From an uncultured Gammaproteobacteria bacterium (lineage in GTDB: Bacteria > Patescibacteriota > Patescibacteriia > Patescibacteriales > UBA12465), in assembly GCA_964616855.1 (NCBI GenBank), contig CAZTUJ010000001.1, positions 256,301 through 320,300 on the forward strand: a stretch of DNA of 64,000 nucleotides. The letters are read 5' to 3'. The first letter of the stretch is position 1; each line of letters starts with the position of its first letter. The position numbers and the translations under genes are program-made. This document shows, piece after piece, positions 9,398 to 19,225 of this stretch. The notes beneath the pieces are model-generated. The model did not search any database. It was not told the DNA's origin and saw nothing but the letters and a program-made list of their open reading frames with translations.

Positions 9398-9877
9398 ATG
9401 GAAACGAAACAAAAAACTGTTAAAGAAAAAAAACCGATTGAAGCTGAAGTCGCTAAAGAGGCTCCGGTTGCCGAAACCGTGGAATTTACCGGCGAATATA
9501 TTAAGACTGTCGGTCGCCGTAAGACTTCTGTTGCCCAAGTACGTATGTATAAAGACGGCAAGGGCGCTATCATGATCAACGGCAAGAAAGGCTCTCAATA
9601 TTTTGTCGGCGAAGGCATTAATATTGTTACTCAGTCCTTGAAGTCCACTGGCCATGTCCGCGATCTTAATTTTTCTATCATTGTTAAAGGCGGTGGTGTT
9701 ACCGGTCAGATTGAAGCTTGCCGCCACGGTATTTCTAGAGCTTTAATGATGCTCGACCCTTTATTAAAAGAAACTTTGAAAGTAAATAAATTCTTAACCC
9801 GTGACCCGCGCAAGAAAGAAAGAAAGAAACCAGGCTTCAAGGGTGCCAGAAAGAGACCGCAGTGGAGCAAGCGCTAA
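9398..9877 (+). CDS. rpsI: 30S ribosomal protein S9 (short N-terminal extension)
   Basis: GRRKTSVAQVRM motif and C-terminal KKPGFKGARKRPQWSKR. Forms an rplM-rpsI pair. Confidence 0.95.
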   Translation: METKQKTVKEKKPIEAEVAKEAPVAETVEFTGEYIKTVGRRKTSVAQVRMYKDGKGAIMINGKKGSQYFVGEGINIVTQSLKSTGHVRDLNFSIIVKGGGVTGQIEACRHGISRALMMLDPLLKETLKVNKFLTRDPRKKERKKPGFKGARKRPQWSKR

Positions 9878-9900
9878 TCTCCCTATTTTTATCTTTTGCA

Positions 9901-9931
9901 AAAACGCCTCTGTTTACGGAGGCGTTTTTTT
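9901..9931 (+). terminator. Rho-independent terminator after rpsI
   Basis: AAAACGCCTC-tgtttacg-GAGGCGTTTT followed by TTTT. It lies inside the spurious 5' extension of the track ORF 9896. Confidence 0.75.
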
Positions 9932-9949
9932 ATAGTACTATGGCCTTAT

Positions 9950-11047
9950 ATGGATAATCTGGAAAAAATCATCAATGATTTGGATAATCGCCGCCAGCAA
10001 TTGGCGGCTGATTTGGGTATAAATCAGGGGCAAGAGGAGGCAGATAAATTACGCTTGTTGATGGAGGCTCCAGATTTTTGGCAGGATCAAGAGCAAGCAA
10101 TTATTGTTAGCCGCCGAGCAGAAAATTTGCAAAAGGACTATCAGCAGTGGTTATTTTTGGAAAAGTCTCTGCGAGAAGGCAGGGAACTGGCGAGTTTGGC
10201 GACAGCAGAAAATGATGAGGTCGTTTTAAAAGAACTTAGTCTAAAAATAGAGAATTGGCGTCAGGAATTAGACCACTTGGAAACGGCCTTTCTTTACACC
10301 GGTCCTTATGATGAGCATAATGCTCTTTTGAGTATTAATGCTGGTACGGGCGGTGTGGACGCGCAGGATTGGGCGCAGATGTTGGAACGGATGTATTTGC
10401 GTTTTGCGGAAAGACAGGGTTGGAAGATGGAGATTATTGATCGCCTGTTTGGTAATGAAGCCGGGATTAAAAGTGTGATGTTGAAATTTAGCGGCGATCG
10501 GGTGTATGGCCGGCTAAAGAGTGAAAACGGCACTCACCGTTTATTGCGAAATTCACCTTTTAATGCCGATGGTTTACGGCAAACTTCTTTTGCTTCCGTT
10601 GAGGTGATTCCGGAAATTCCGGCCACCGCGATTGTAATTAAAGATGAAGAAGTGCGCTTGGATGTTTTTCGTTCTAGTGGCCCTGGTGGTCAGAGTGTTA
10701 ATACGACTGACTCAGCCGTCCGTCTCGTTCATCTACCCACTGGTATTAGTATTAGCTGTCAGAGTGAGCGTTCTCAGCATCAGAATCGGGAGAATGCTTT
10801 TGCGATTTTGCGAGCGCGTTTGGTTCAATTAGAATTACAAAAGAAAGATGAAGAAGAAAGACGTTTGAAAGGCGGGGTGGTGAAGGCGGAGTGGGGCCAG
10901 CAAATCCGCTCTTACTGGTTTTATGGTAATCGCTTAGTCAAGGATCATCGTACTGATTTTGAGGATACTGATGTCGACGCCGTCATGGACGGAGATTTGG
11001 ATGATTTTATCAGCGCTTATTTGCACTGGCAGAGAGAAGCTGTCTAG
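9950..11047 (+). CDS. prfB: Peptide chain release factor 2 (single ORF, no programmed frameshift)
   Basis: SPF tripeptide (LRNSPFNADG) and GGQ (SGPGGQSVNTTDSAVR). ATG 9950 lies downstream of the rpsI terminator. Confidence 0.9.
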   Translation: MDNLEKIINDLDNRRQQLAADLGINQGQEEADKLRLLMEAPDFWQDQEQAIIVSRRAENLQKDYQQWLFLEKSLREGRELASLATAENDEVVLKELSLKIENWRQELDHLETAFLYTGPYDEHNALLSINAGTGGVDAQDWAQMLERMYLRFAERQGWKMEIIDRLFGNEAGIKSVMLKFSGDRVYGRLKSENGTHRLLRNSPFNADGLRQTSFASVEVIPEIPATAIVIKDEEVRLDVFRSSGPGGQSVNTTDSAVRLVHLPTGISISCQSERSQHQNRENAFAILRARLVQLELQKKDEEERRLKGGVVKAEWGQQIRSYWFYGNRLVKDHRTDFEDTDVDAVMDGDLDDFISAYLHWQREAV

Positions 11048-11100
11048 ATTTTTAATATTTTTTTAAGTTTTGCTCAGTCTAATTGTTTTATAATCAAGAG

Positions 11101-12624
11101 ATGTTGCCATCTCTTTTTTTGCGCCTAGGCGCTTTTTTTAGCGGCATTATCAGCGCCTCCTTTTGGCTTTGGCCAAAGGCGGGTCTTTACAGCTTAATTT
11201 TCTTTTTTCTATCTTTAGTTTTTCGGCGCTGGCGAAGTTTTTTCTTATTAATTGCCATCTTTTACTTAGCCAACTGGCGGGTTCAATTTTTAGACTCCAG
11301 TCCCGATTATTTAAATTATTATTTCGGGCAGACAGCCGTTTGGGATTTTTGGGTCTGCGCCGATCCCGAGCCAGCTTGGGACAAACAGATTGTGATTTTA
11401 TGTCCCTTACCTCCTTCTTTTTCTAGGGATGTAGCCGCCACTAAGCTGATTGCTAATTTGCCGCTTTATCCTCGAGTAACTTATGGTAATCGCTTGCAGT
11501 TAAAGTGCCGTTTAGAAAAGCCTCCGGTTTTTCCTGATTTCAATTATGCCGCCTATCTCTCGGCTCAGGGAATTGAAGGCATCTGTTCCTGGCCAGAAGT
11601 GAAGGGAAAAGAAGTCTATCCGGCCGCCAATCAAACGATGCTCCGTTTATTTACCGCTAAGCGCTGGGCTTTAGGGAAACTAAACGCCGCTTTACCAGAG
11701 CCGGCAGCGGGTCTGGCCTCCGCTTTGCTTTTGGGCTATAAGAAGACTTTATATCCGGAGACTGAGGAGTATTTTCAAGCTTCCGGTCTCAGCCATATCG
11801 TCGCTATCTCTGGAGGCCACATCAGTTTATTTTTAAATTTATTAATTACTTTAGGTGTCTATTTAGGTTTAAATAAACGTCTCGCTTTGTGGCCGGCTTT
11901 ATTTTTCGCGGGCATCTATGTTTTACTGAGTGGTGCCCAGGCTTCTGCCCTCCGTTCTTTGATTATGGGGAGTATCCTTCTCTATACCTGGCGGCGCGGC
12001 CGTCTCAGTTCTGCCTGGACCCCCTTAGCTTTAGCCGGAGTTTTAATGTTGTGGTATAATCCTGAACTTTGGCGCTATGACTTGGGTTTTCAATTATCCT
12101 TTTTAGCTCTGTCCGGAATGATTGCTCTTAGCCCCATTTTTAACAGTCTGGCTGAGCCTTATTTATATCAGCACCCTTATCGACGCTTACTTTCTCCTTT
12201 GTTTCAAGCCTTTTCTTTATCTTTGTCCGCGCAACTAGCAGTCTGGCCCTTGTTAGCTCTAAAGAGCGGTGGTCTTTCTTTAATCGCTCCTTTTAGCAAT
12301 GTTTTCGCTTTTGGTGTTTTTGGCCCCTTAGTTTTTAGCTTGTTATTGGCTTTAGTCGGTGATTTTTTGGGGGTAGTCGGTGGCTTTCTATATTGGCCTG
12401 CTTATCTTTGTTTACAGTATCTGTTAGCTATCGCTCGTTGGAGCGCTGGTTTACCGGGAGCTTATTGGGAGCTGCCTAATTTTACGGAAGTAAAAGCTTG
12501 CTTATATTATGCTGCGCTCATTACCTTCTTAATTTTGAGACAGCTTTGGCGTCGGCGTCAATTTGAGCGTAGTTCGGAAATAACAAAAAAGCGCCCGAGA
12601 AGGCGCTTCTTTAAGCAATCATGA
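11101..12624 (+). CDS. comEC: ComEC/Rec2 family DNA-uptake channel protein (no metallo-beta-lactamase domain)
   Basis: Polytopic membrane protein with the competence-domain motif SGLSHIVAISGGHISLF. ATG 11101 was preferred over TTG 11083. Confidence 0.8.
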   Translation: MLPSLFLRLGAFFSGIISASFWLWPKAGLYSLIFFFLSLVFRRWRSFFLLIAIFYLANWRVQFLDSSPDYLNYYFGQTAVWDFWVCADPEPAWDKQIVILCPLPPSFSRDVAATKLIANLPLYPRVTYGNRLQLKCRLEKPPVFPDFNYAAYLSAQGIEGICSWPEVKGKEVYPAANQTMLRLFTAKRWALGKLNAALPEPAAGLASALLLGYKKTLYPETEEYFQASGLSHIVAISGGHISLFLNLLITLGVYLGLNKRLALWPALFFAGIYVLLSGAQASALRSLIMGSILLYTWRRGRLSSAWTPLALAGVLMLWYNPELWRYDLGFQLSFLALSGMIALSPIFNSLAEPYLYQHPYRRLLSPLFQAFSLSLSAQLAVWPLLALKSGGLSLIAPFSNVFAFGVFGPLVFSLLLALVGDFLGVVGGFLYWPAYLCLQYLLAIARWSAGLPGAYWELPNFTEVKACLYYAALITFLILRQLWRRRQFERSSEITKKRPRRRFFKQS

Positions 12625-12630
12625 AAATCC

Positions 12631-12807
12631 TTATTTTTCGTTCTTAGCCATTGTCCGTAAACAGCTGGTGCAGAGCTTTAATTTCAAATCGCCAACCTTC
12701 CGACTCTGGAGGTTGATGTTCTGTCTCTTTAAAGTTTGGATCTTGGAATGAGAGCGGCTAGCACCTTTAGTGGCGCCGCGTTTACATAAATCACATCTTT
12801 TTGCCAT
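12631..12807 (-). CDS. rpmB: 50S ribosomal protein L28
   Basis: MAKRCDLCKRGATKGASRSHSKIQTLKRQNINLQ (58 aa). This is an internal ATG of the 95-aa track ORF. Confidence 0.85.
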   Translation of the reverse strand: MAKRCDLCKRGATKGASRSHSKIQTLKRQNINLQSRKVGDLKLKLCTSCLRTMAKNEK

Positions 12808-12969
12808 ATACTTTAGGAAACGGCCGAGAGGAATGCACCAAAAAACGGGCTTTTTTCGGCGGCCGCTATGTTTATAATTTTGATGCTTAAATATTAGCAT
12901 ATTTTTAAAATTAATCAAGATATGCTAAAATAAAGTTAATATTAACTAAGGAGGCTTTAATTTTTTTCT

Positions 12970-13569
12970 ATGCTGGCTTTATTCCAAATCATCGTTTTAA
13001 TCTTTTCCGCCGTTATCCATGAGTATATGCACGGCTGGATGGCAGACCGTCTCGGTGACCCGACGGCCCGTAATGCTGGTCGTTTGACTTTGAATCCGAT
13101 CGCCCATCTGGAATGGTTCGGATCCTTGCTCTTACCGGGTATGATGCTCTTTGCGGGTATGCCCTTTGTTTTCGGCTGGGCTAAGCCTGTGCCTTATAAT
13201 CCTTATAACCTTCGTGACCGCCGCTGGGGCGACGCCAAGGTGGCCTTAGCCGGGCCAGCGGCTAACTTTGCCGTAGCCGTAGTTTTTGCTCTAATTTTAA
13301 GATTTTTACCTTTTATTAGCCTGACTTTTTCCGGCTTAATTGCTTTAATCGTTTATATCAACTTAATTTTAATGGTTTTTAACCTTTTACCCATTCCTCC
13401 TCTTGATGGTTCTAAAATTCTAGCCTCGTTTTTAAGCCCGGCTTGGCAGGAAAAATATCTAAGCCTAGAGCGTTTTGGCTTCATCCTAGTAATCCTTTTT
13501 GCCTGGCTGGGTTTCTCTTATATCTTACCGTTAATTGATGCTCTGTTTCGACTTTTAGCCGGGGTATAA
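12970..13569 (+). CDS. Site-2 protease family (M50) membrane zinc metalloprotease
   Basis: HEYMHG (HExxH) in the first TM helix and NLLPIPPLDGSK second motif. Multi-TM. AAGGAGG lies at 12948-12954. Confidence 0.85.
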   Translation: MLALFQIIVLIFSAVIHEYMHGWMADRLGDPTARNAGRLTLNPIAHLEWFGSLLLPGMMLFAGMPFVFGWAKPVPYNPYNLRDRRWGDAKVALAGPAANFAVAVVFALILRFLPFISLTFSGLIALIVYINLILMVFNLLPIPPLDGSKILASFLSPAWQEKYLSLERFGFILVILFAWLGFSYILPLIDALFRLLAGV

Positions 13570-13610
13570 GAGCAGTGGGAAAAATTTGTAGTGGTAATTC
13601 TTCGCTTATC

Positions 13611-13639
13611 TTGACTTATTTTTTTGATTTTGATAAAGT
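13611..13639 (+). promoter_or_regulatory. Putative promoter of the str operon
   Basis: TTGACT (13611-13616), a 17-nt spacer, then TAAAGT (13634-13639). Confidence 0.5.
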
Positions 13640-13655
13640 AAGCGAGTAATAACTC

Positions 13656-13781
13656 TATCCTGATGAGTCAGGATATTTTGTTATCACAAGAAATTGGTTT
13701 AATAAAAAAAGAGAGCGGTCAGGATAAGATCGTCCCTCTTTTTCCGGGCTCAAACCCTTTAATTTATAAAAATTATCCTGA
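13656..13781 (+). promoter_or_regulatory. rpsL leader element: four copies of an 8-mer in alternating orientation
   Basis: TATCCTGA at 13656-13663 and 13774-13781. Its complement TCAGGATA at 13668-13675 and 13719-13726. The first pair forms a perfect 8-bp hairpin/palindrome with a 4-nt loop. Confidence 0.5.
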
Positions 13782-13805
13782 GGTTTTAATAACCGCTGAA
13801 GCATT

Positions 13806-14231
13806 ATGCCGACAATCAATCAATTGGTCCGCAAGGGCAGAAAATCCAAAAGCCAGCGCCAGTCTTCTTTGGCTTTGCACACGAGCTTAGACTCGCTCCA
13901 TCGCAAAAAGAATGTTAACGCTAAAGGCGCTCCTTTCAAGCAGGGCGTTTGTATTAAAGTTACCACCACTACTCCGAAGAAACCGAACTCCGCTTTACGA
14001 AAAATTGCTCGTGTCCGTTTATCGAATGGCATGGAAGTTACGGCTTATATCCCGGGCATGGGCCACAATTTACAGGAACACTCCATCGTTTTAATTAAAG
14101 GTGGTAAGACTAAAGATCTTCCGGGTGTTCGCTATAAGATTGTCCGTGGTGTTTACGACGCCTCTGGTGTTGAAGCTCGCCGCAAAGGCCGCAGCTGCTA
14201 CGGCGCCAAGAGACCGAAAGCGGCTAAATAA
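13806..14231 (+). CDS. rpsL: 30S ribosomal protein S12
   Basis: [12 protein letters not shown] start and [19 protein letters not shown] motif. Confidence 0.97.
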   Translation: MPTINQLVRKGRKSKSQRQSSLALHTSLDSLHRKKNVNAKGAPFKQGVCIKVTTTTPKKPNSALRKIARVRLSNGMEVTAYIPGMGHNLQEHSIVLIKGGKTKDLPGVRYKIVRGVYDASGVEARRKGRSCYGAKRPKAAK

Positions 14232-14321
14232 TTTTGTTTATTTCGGAGAGGCATTTTTGCCCTCCTTCATATAATCAGGTGCGCATTAGTAATAGCTGTT
14301 GATGCGACCCTTCAAGCAATT

Positions 14322-14789
14322 ATGAGAGGAAAACAAGCCCCTAAGAGAGATATCGTCGGGGACAGTAAATACAACGATAAAAATATCACCAAACTGATCA
14401 ACTATGTGATGCAGGATGGTAAGAAGAGCGTTTCTGAAAGAATTGTCTATGGCTCTTTTAATTTGATTAAAGATAAGACGAAGCAGGACCCTCGCCATGT
14501 TTTTAACAAGGCGATGAAGAAAGTTTCTCCTTTGGTTGAAGTTCGCGGTAAACGTGTCGGCGGCGCCAACTATCAGGTGCCTTTTCAGGTTCGAGGCGAA
14601 CGTCGCTTTTATCTTGGTTGTCACTGGATGATTACGGCTGCTCATGCCCGCCGTGGTCGCTCCATGGCAGAAAAATTAGCCGGTGAAATTTTAGATGCTT
14701 CCAATGGTGAAGGCGCTGCGGTTAAGAAGAGGGAAGCTGTTCACAAGATGGCTGAAGCCAATAAAGCGTTCGCGCATTTTTCTCGATAA
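14322..14789 (+). CDS. rpsG: 30S ribosomal protein S7
   Basis: VSPLVEVRGKRVGGANYQVPFQV and a C-terminal AHFSR-type end. Sits between rpsL and fusA. Confidence 0.95.
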   Translation: MRGKQAPKRDIVGDSKYNDKNITKLINYVMQDGKKSVSERIVYGSFNLIKDKTKQDPRHVFNKAMKKVSPLVEVRGKRVGGANYQVPFQVRGERRFYLGCHWMITAAHARRGRSMAEKLAGEILDASNGEGAAVKKREAVHKMAEANKAFAHFSR

Positions 14790-14812
14790 ACAAGCTTTTG
14801 TTAAATCTTAAA

Positions 14813-14848
14813 GTTATCAAGCCTGGCTTGGTAACTTTCTGCTTTTTC
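14813..14848 (+). terminator. Terminator-like hairpin between rpsG and fusA (possible attenuator)
   Basis: GTTATCAAGCC-t-GGCTTGGTAAC (one G-U pair) followed by TTTCTGCTTTTT. A TATAAT lies at 14853-14858. Confidence 0.35.
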
Positions 14849-14876
14849 ACTTTATAATTTTCAACTAATAATATTT

Positions 14877-16958
14877 ATGCCTCGCGATTATTCTCTTGAT
14901 AAAATCCGTAACATCGGCATCATGGCTCACATTGATGCTGGTAAGACCACTTTTACCGAACGTGTTTTGTTTTACACCGGTAAAAAGCATAAGATTGGCG
15001 AAGTACACGAAGGTGCCGCCGAGATGGATTGGATGGAGCAGGAGAAGGAAAGAGGCATTACCATTACCTCTGCCGCTACTACTTGTTTTTGGAAGGGGAA
15101 TAAAATCAATATCATTGATACTCCTGGTCACGTTGACTTTACCGTGGAAGTAGAGCGCTCTTTGCGTGTGCTCGATGGTGCTATTGCCGTTTTTGACGGC
15201 CAGGCCGGCGTAGAACCACAATCAGAAACCGTGTGGCGTCAAGCAGATAAATACCAAGTACCGCGCCTTTGTTTCGTTAATAAGATGGATAAGATGGGTG
15301 CTGATTTTTACATGAGCCTTGATTCCATTAAACAACGCTTAAATTCTAAGGCGGTCGCTATTCAGTTACCGATTGGAGCGGAAGATAACCTCAGCGGCGT
15401 CATCGATTTATTAGATCGCAAGGCCTATAATTTTGTTGGTAATTTTGGTGAGACTATTACCGAAGTGCCGATCCCGGAAGAACTTAAAGAGAAGGTAGAA
15501 AAATTCCGCGCAGAATTAGTTGAACGCGCGGTGGAGTGTGAAGAAGCCACGATGGAAAAATTTTTAAATGGTGAAGAAATCAGCGTTGCTGATTTAAAGA
15601 AAGCTATCCGCCAGGGTGTGATCGATAATGCTATCTACCCCGTCCTTTGCGGTACCGCTTTACAGAACATCGGTGTCCAGTTCGCGCTTGATGCCGTTAA
15701 TGAATACTTACCCTCTCCTTTAGATGTTAAGCCGGTAGAAGCTTCTGATGTTGATGATGCCGATAAGAAAACTCCGATTAAAGCTGATGATAATTCTCCT
15801 TTTGTCGGTTTAGCTTTCAAAATTGCCACCGATCCTTTTGTGGGTAAGCTCTGCTTCGTCCGCGTCTATCAGGGCGTCTTACAGGCCGGCTCTTACATCG
15901 TTAATGCCTCTACTGGCAATAAAGAACGCATCGGCCGCTTAGTCCGAATGCACGCCAATCACCGTGAAGAAATTAAAGAGATTTACGCTGGTGATATCGC
16001 TGCCGTTATTGGTCTTAAAAATACTACTACCGGTAACACCTTGAGTGATGAAAATGCTCCAGTCTTATTAGAATCAATTGTCTTCCCGGAACCGGTTATT
16101 AAAATTGCCGTGGAACCGAAGACTAAGGTTGATCAGGAAAAAATGGGTGTGGCTTTATCTCGCTTGGCCGAAGAAGATCCGACTTTCCGTGTCGAAACTG
16201 ACGAAGAAACTAATCAGATTCTTATTTCTGGTATGGGCGAATTACACTTGGATATCATTGTTGACCGCATGCGCCGTGAATTTGGCGTGGAAGCGAACGT
16301 CGGCAAACCCCAGGTGTCTTATCGTGAAACTATTACGCAAGTTGCTGAAGCTGAACATAAATATATCAAGCAATCAGGTGGTCGCGGTCAATATGGTCAC
16401 TGTTCCTTACGCGTCGAACCGGCGGGTGAAGGGAAGGGCTATGAATTTATTGATGAAGTTAAAGGCGGCGTCATTCCGAGAGAATATATTCCGGCGATTG
16501 AAAAAGGTGTTAAAGAAGGTTTACTCTCCGGCGTTGTGGCTGGTTATCCGATGGTTGATGTTAAAGTGGCCGTTTTCTACGGTAGCTATCATGAAGTTGA
16601 CTCTTCGGAAATTGCCTTTAAGATGGCCGGTATTTTTGCTTTTAAAGATGCCTGTCAGAAAGCCAAACCGATTTTGTTGGAACCGGTGATGAAGGTAGAA
16701 GTGACCACCCCGGAAGACTACATGGGTAATATCATTGGCGACCTTAATTCTAAACGTGGTCAGATTGAAGAAATGATTGATCGTCCTAATAAGATTAAGG
16801 CGATTAAAGCGAAGGTGCCTTTGGCGGAAATGTTCGGCTATGTCACCGCTTTACGCTCTATGTCCCAGGGCCGCGCCAATTCGGTGATGGAATTTTCTCA
16901 CTATAGCGAAGTGCCTCGCAATGTTTTGGAACAGATTAAAGAAAAATCCGGCAAATAA
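14877..16958 (+). CDS. fusA: Elongation factor G
   Basis: [10 protein letters not shown]-loop, DTPGHVDF and NKMD. 693 aa. Confidence 0.97.
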   Translation: MPRDYSLDKIRNIGIMAHIDAGKTTFTERVLFYTGKKHKIGEVHEGAAEMDWMEQEKERGITITSAATTCFWKGNKINIIDTPGHVDFTVEVERSLRVLDGAIAVFDGQAGVEPQSETVWRQADKYQVPRLCFVNKMDKMGADFYMSLDSIKQRLNSKAVAIQLPIGAEDNLSGVIDLLDRKAYNFVGNFGETITEVPIPEELKEKVEKFRAELVERAVECEEATMEKFLNGEEISVADLKKAIRQGVIDNAIYPVLCGTALQNIGVQFALDAVNEYLPSPLDVKPVEASDVDDADKKTPIKADDNSPFVGLAFKIATDPFVGKLCFVRVYQGVLQAGSYIVNASTGNKERIGRLVRMHANHREEIKEIYAGDIAAVIGLKNTTTGNTLSDENAPVLLESIVFPEPVIKIAVEPKTKVDQEKMGVALSRLAEEDPTFRVETDEETNQILISGMGELHLDIIVDRMRREFGVEANVGKPQVSYRETITQVAEAEHKYIKQSGGRGQYGHCSLRVEPAGEGKGYEFIDEVKGGVIPREYIPAIEKGVKEGLLSGVVAGYPMVDVKVAVFYGSYHEVDSSEIAFKMAGIFAFKDACQKAKPILLEPVMKVEVTTPEDYMGNIIGDLNSKRGQIEEMIDRPNKIKAIKAKVPLAEMFGYVTALRSMSQGRANSVMEFSHYSEVPRNVLEQIKEKSGK

Positions 16959-16988
16959 TCCGCCGCTTGGGAGGGTGGCGCTGATAAT

Positions 16989-17315
16989 ATGCGCGAACAA
17001 TTAAAAAAAGCTTTAAGATTAGCTAGAAAAACTAATGATGCCATCATCTTTTTCGATGCTGAGACGCCAGAAGATTCTTTTGCTATTATTGACCTTGACC
17101 GCTACGAAAATATGGTAAATCCGGCAACTTTAGATAAAAAAGAGGCAGTATTTAAGCCTAATTTGACAGAAGCAGATTTAGCTGATAAAATAAATCGCGA
17201 AATCTCTGAATGGAAAAATGAAGATAATGCCGAATATTTAGCTGAAGAAAGCAAAGCCCGTAAAAATTGGAATATCCCTCCACAGGTGAAGGATAAAGCG
17301 GAAAATAACTCTTAG
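16989..17315 (+). CDS. Hypothetical acidic protein inserted between fusA and tuf
   Basis: 108-aa ORF with no recognised motif. The N-terminal beta-strand pattern (AIIFFD...FAIIDLDRYENM) is faintly Phd/YefM-like. Confidence 0.5.
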   Translation: MREQLKKALRLARKTNDAIIFFDAETPEDSFAIIDLDRYENMVNPATLDKKEAVFKPNLTEADLADKINREISEWKNEDNAEYLAEESKARKNWNIPPQVKDKAENNS

Positions 17316-17399
17316 ATTTAAAAAAATATTAATTAATTTCACGGCTGGTTTCCTCTATATAGGAAAGAAACCCCTTTAGGGGGCCGTAAGCATAAAAAC

Positions 17400-18587
17400 A
17401 TGGCAGAAAAATTTGAACGCACTAAACCCCATGTCAATGTTGGCACTATCGGCCACGTCGATCATGGCAAGACTACTTTGACCGCCGCAATGTTGGCGGT
17501 ATTCGGTGCCAATGGCATGAACGCTTCCAAGAAAGGCGTAAGTGAAATTGATGCCGCCCCTGAAGAACGCGAGCGCGGTATTACTATCGCCACCGCGCAC
17601 GTTGAGTATGAATCAGCTGCTCGTCATTATGCCCACGTTGACTGTCCTGGCCACGCCGATTATGTGAAGAACATGATTACCGGCGCTGCGCAGATGGACG
17701 GCGCTATTTTAGTCGTTTCTGCGACTGACGGCCCCATGCCCCAGACCCGCGAACACATCGTGTTAGCTCGTCAAGTGGGCGTGCCTTATATCGTTGTTTT
17801 CTTGAACAAGTGCGATATGGTTGAAGATAAAGAACTTATCGATCTTGTTGAAGAAGAAATTCGCGATTTATTAAAGAAATATGAATTTCCGGGAGACACT
17901 ACCCCGATTATTCGCGGTAGCGCTTTGAAGGCTTTGGAAAATCCGACCGGCCCTGATGCCGCTCCGATCATGGAATTAATGAAGCAGTTAGACGAATATA
18001 TTCCGTTACCTCCTCGCGATACTGATCATCCTTTCTTGATGCCGGTAGAAGATATCTTCTCCATTGAAGGCCGCGGTACCGTGGTTACTGGTCGTATCGA
18101 ACGCGGTGTAATCAAGGTTGGTGAAGAAGTGGAAATCGTTGGTTTAATGGATACCAAGAAAACCACCATCACTGGTGTGGAAATGTTCAACAAGTCTCTT
18201 GACCAAGGTCAGGCTGGCGACAATGCCGGTTTATTACTCCGCGGCACCAAGAAGAACGAAGTTGAGCGCGGTCAGGTTTTATGCAAACCGGGCACCGTTA
18301 CTCCGCACACTGAATTCGAAGCTCAAATCTATGTTTTGTCCAAGGATGAAGGTGGTCGCCATAAGCCTTTCTTTAAAGGTTATAAGCCCCAGTTTTATAT
18401 CCGTACGACCGATGTTACTGGTGAGGTAGAATTGCCGGCAGGTACCGAAATGGTTATGCCTGGCGATACTGTTACCATCACCGTTAAATTGATCTCTCCG
18501 GTTGCCTTGGAAGAAAAGCAACGCTTCGCTATCCGCGAAGGTGGCCGCACTGTCGGCGCCGGCGCCGTGGTGAAGATTACCAAATAA
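17400..18587 (+). CDS. tuf: Elongation factor Tu
   Basis: [17 protein letters not shown] and NKCD. 395 aa. Confidence 0.98.
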   Translation: MAEKFERTKPHVNVGTIGHVDHGKTTLTAAMLAVFGANGMNASKKGVSEIDAAPEERERGITIATAHVEYESAARHYAHVDCPGHADYVKNMITGAAQMDGAILVVSATDGPMPQTREHIVLARQVGVPYIVVFLNKCDMVEDKELIDLVEEEIRDLLKKYEFPGDTTPIIRGSALKALENPTGPDAAPIMELMKQLDEYIPLPPRDTDHPFLMPVEDIFSIEGRGTVVTGRIERGVIKVGEEVEIVGLMDTKKTTITGVEMFNKSLDQGQAGDNAGLLLRGTKKNEVERGQVLCKPGTVTPHTEFEAQIYVLSKDEGGRHKPFFKGYKPQFYIRTTDVTGEVELPAGTEMVMPGDTVTITVKLISPVALEEKQRFAIREGGRTVGAGAVVKITK

Positions 18588-18598
18588 GTCAGCACTTA

Positions 18599-18625
18599 AG
18601 CTCGCTCTTCCCGTAAGGGCGAGCT
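18599..18625 (+). terminator. Stem-loop downstream of tuf (weak terminator or processing site)
   Basis: AGCTCGC...GCGAGCT is a 7-bp stem enclosing CC-gtaa-GG. The downstream T-tract is imperfect (TGTTTATTTATT). Confidence 0.35.
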
Positions 18626-18676
18626 CGTAGTGTTTATTTATTAATTTATTTAAGAAATATAAACGTACATTTTTCT

Positions 18677-19015
18677 ATGTCTGAACCCAAGAAAGACGAA
18701 AAGGATTACAAACAGAGAATCCGCATTAAGATCAAAGCTTTTGATCACAAGATTATTGACCAGTCCACGAAGACCATCGTTGACACGATTGAACGCAGTG
18801 ATGCTAATTTTTTCGGTCCGATTCCTTTACCGACGGAAAAGCGCAAATACACCGTTAATCGTTCCACTTTTGTGCACAAGGATGCCCGTGACCAGTATGA
18901 AATGCGTATTCATAAGCGTATTATTGACATCATTGATCCGAGCGGCAAGACCATCGAAGACCTGACAAATTTGAATTTGCCGGCTGGGGTTGACGTAGAG
19001 ATAAAAATGCAGTAA
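18677..19015 (+). CDS. rpsJ: 30S ribosomal protein S10
   Basis: [18 protein letters not shown] start and ...[24 protein letters not shown]. Confidence 0.95.
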   Translation: MSEPKKDEKDYKQRIRIKIKAFDHKIIDQSTKTIVDTIERSDANFFGPIPLPTEKRKYTVNRSTFVHKDARDQYEMRIHKRIIDIIDPSGKTIEDLTNLNLPAGVDVEIKMQ

Positions 19016-19191
19016 AATACAATCAAATATTGATTAAGTGCCGCCAAGGCGTTAACTTGTAACTCTTCTCTAATTTTATTGAAGAAAGTGCAAGTAGATA
19101 AATTTGCGGCTTATTGGGAGAAAACAGCAAAAAAACAAACAAAAAATTGAGGGCAAGGAGGAGATGCACAATTTTAGCTTTTGTTTTTAAG

Positions 19192-19218
19192 CTGGTAAAT
19201 TTACCAGTTTTTTGTTTT
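19192..19218 (+). terminator. Terminator/attenuator-like hairpin in the rpsJ-rplC spacer
   Basis: CTGGTA-aatt-TACCAG followed by TTTTTTGTTTT. An overlapping alternative pairing is AGCTT (19176-19180) with AAGCT (19189-19193). Confidence 0.4.
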
Positions 19219-19225
19219 AAAAAAT

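Noticed and set aside
9371-9727. 118-aa minus-strand ORF opposite rpsI
   Set aside because: It is antisense to S9, with no motif, so it is a shadow ORF.
9950-11047. Programmed +1 frameshift site in prfB, and the possibility of an alternative genetic code (UGA recoding)
   Set aside because: RF2 is encoded as a single uninterrupted ORF with no in-frame TGA near codon 25. RF2 itself is present, and TGA is used as a normal stop (for example comEC at 12622-12624 and ruvX at 32642-32644). The standard code 11 therefore fits.
13663-13890. 75-aa + strand ORF covering the rpsL leader and overlapping the rpsL start
   Set aside because: It overlaps rpsL out of frame and covers the repeated 8-mer element. 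It is better explained as non-coding leader.
16078-16689. 203-aa + strand ORF in an alternative frame inside fusA
   Set aside because: It is embedded in the EF-G coding frame. The translation is Leu/Arg/Lys-rich nonsense with no motif.
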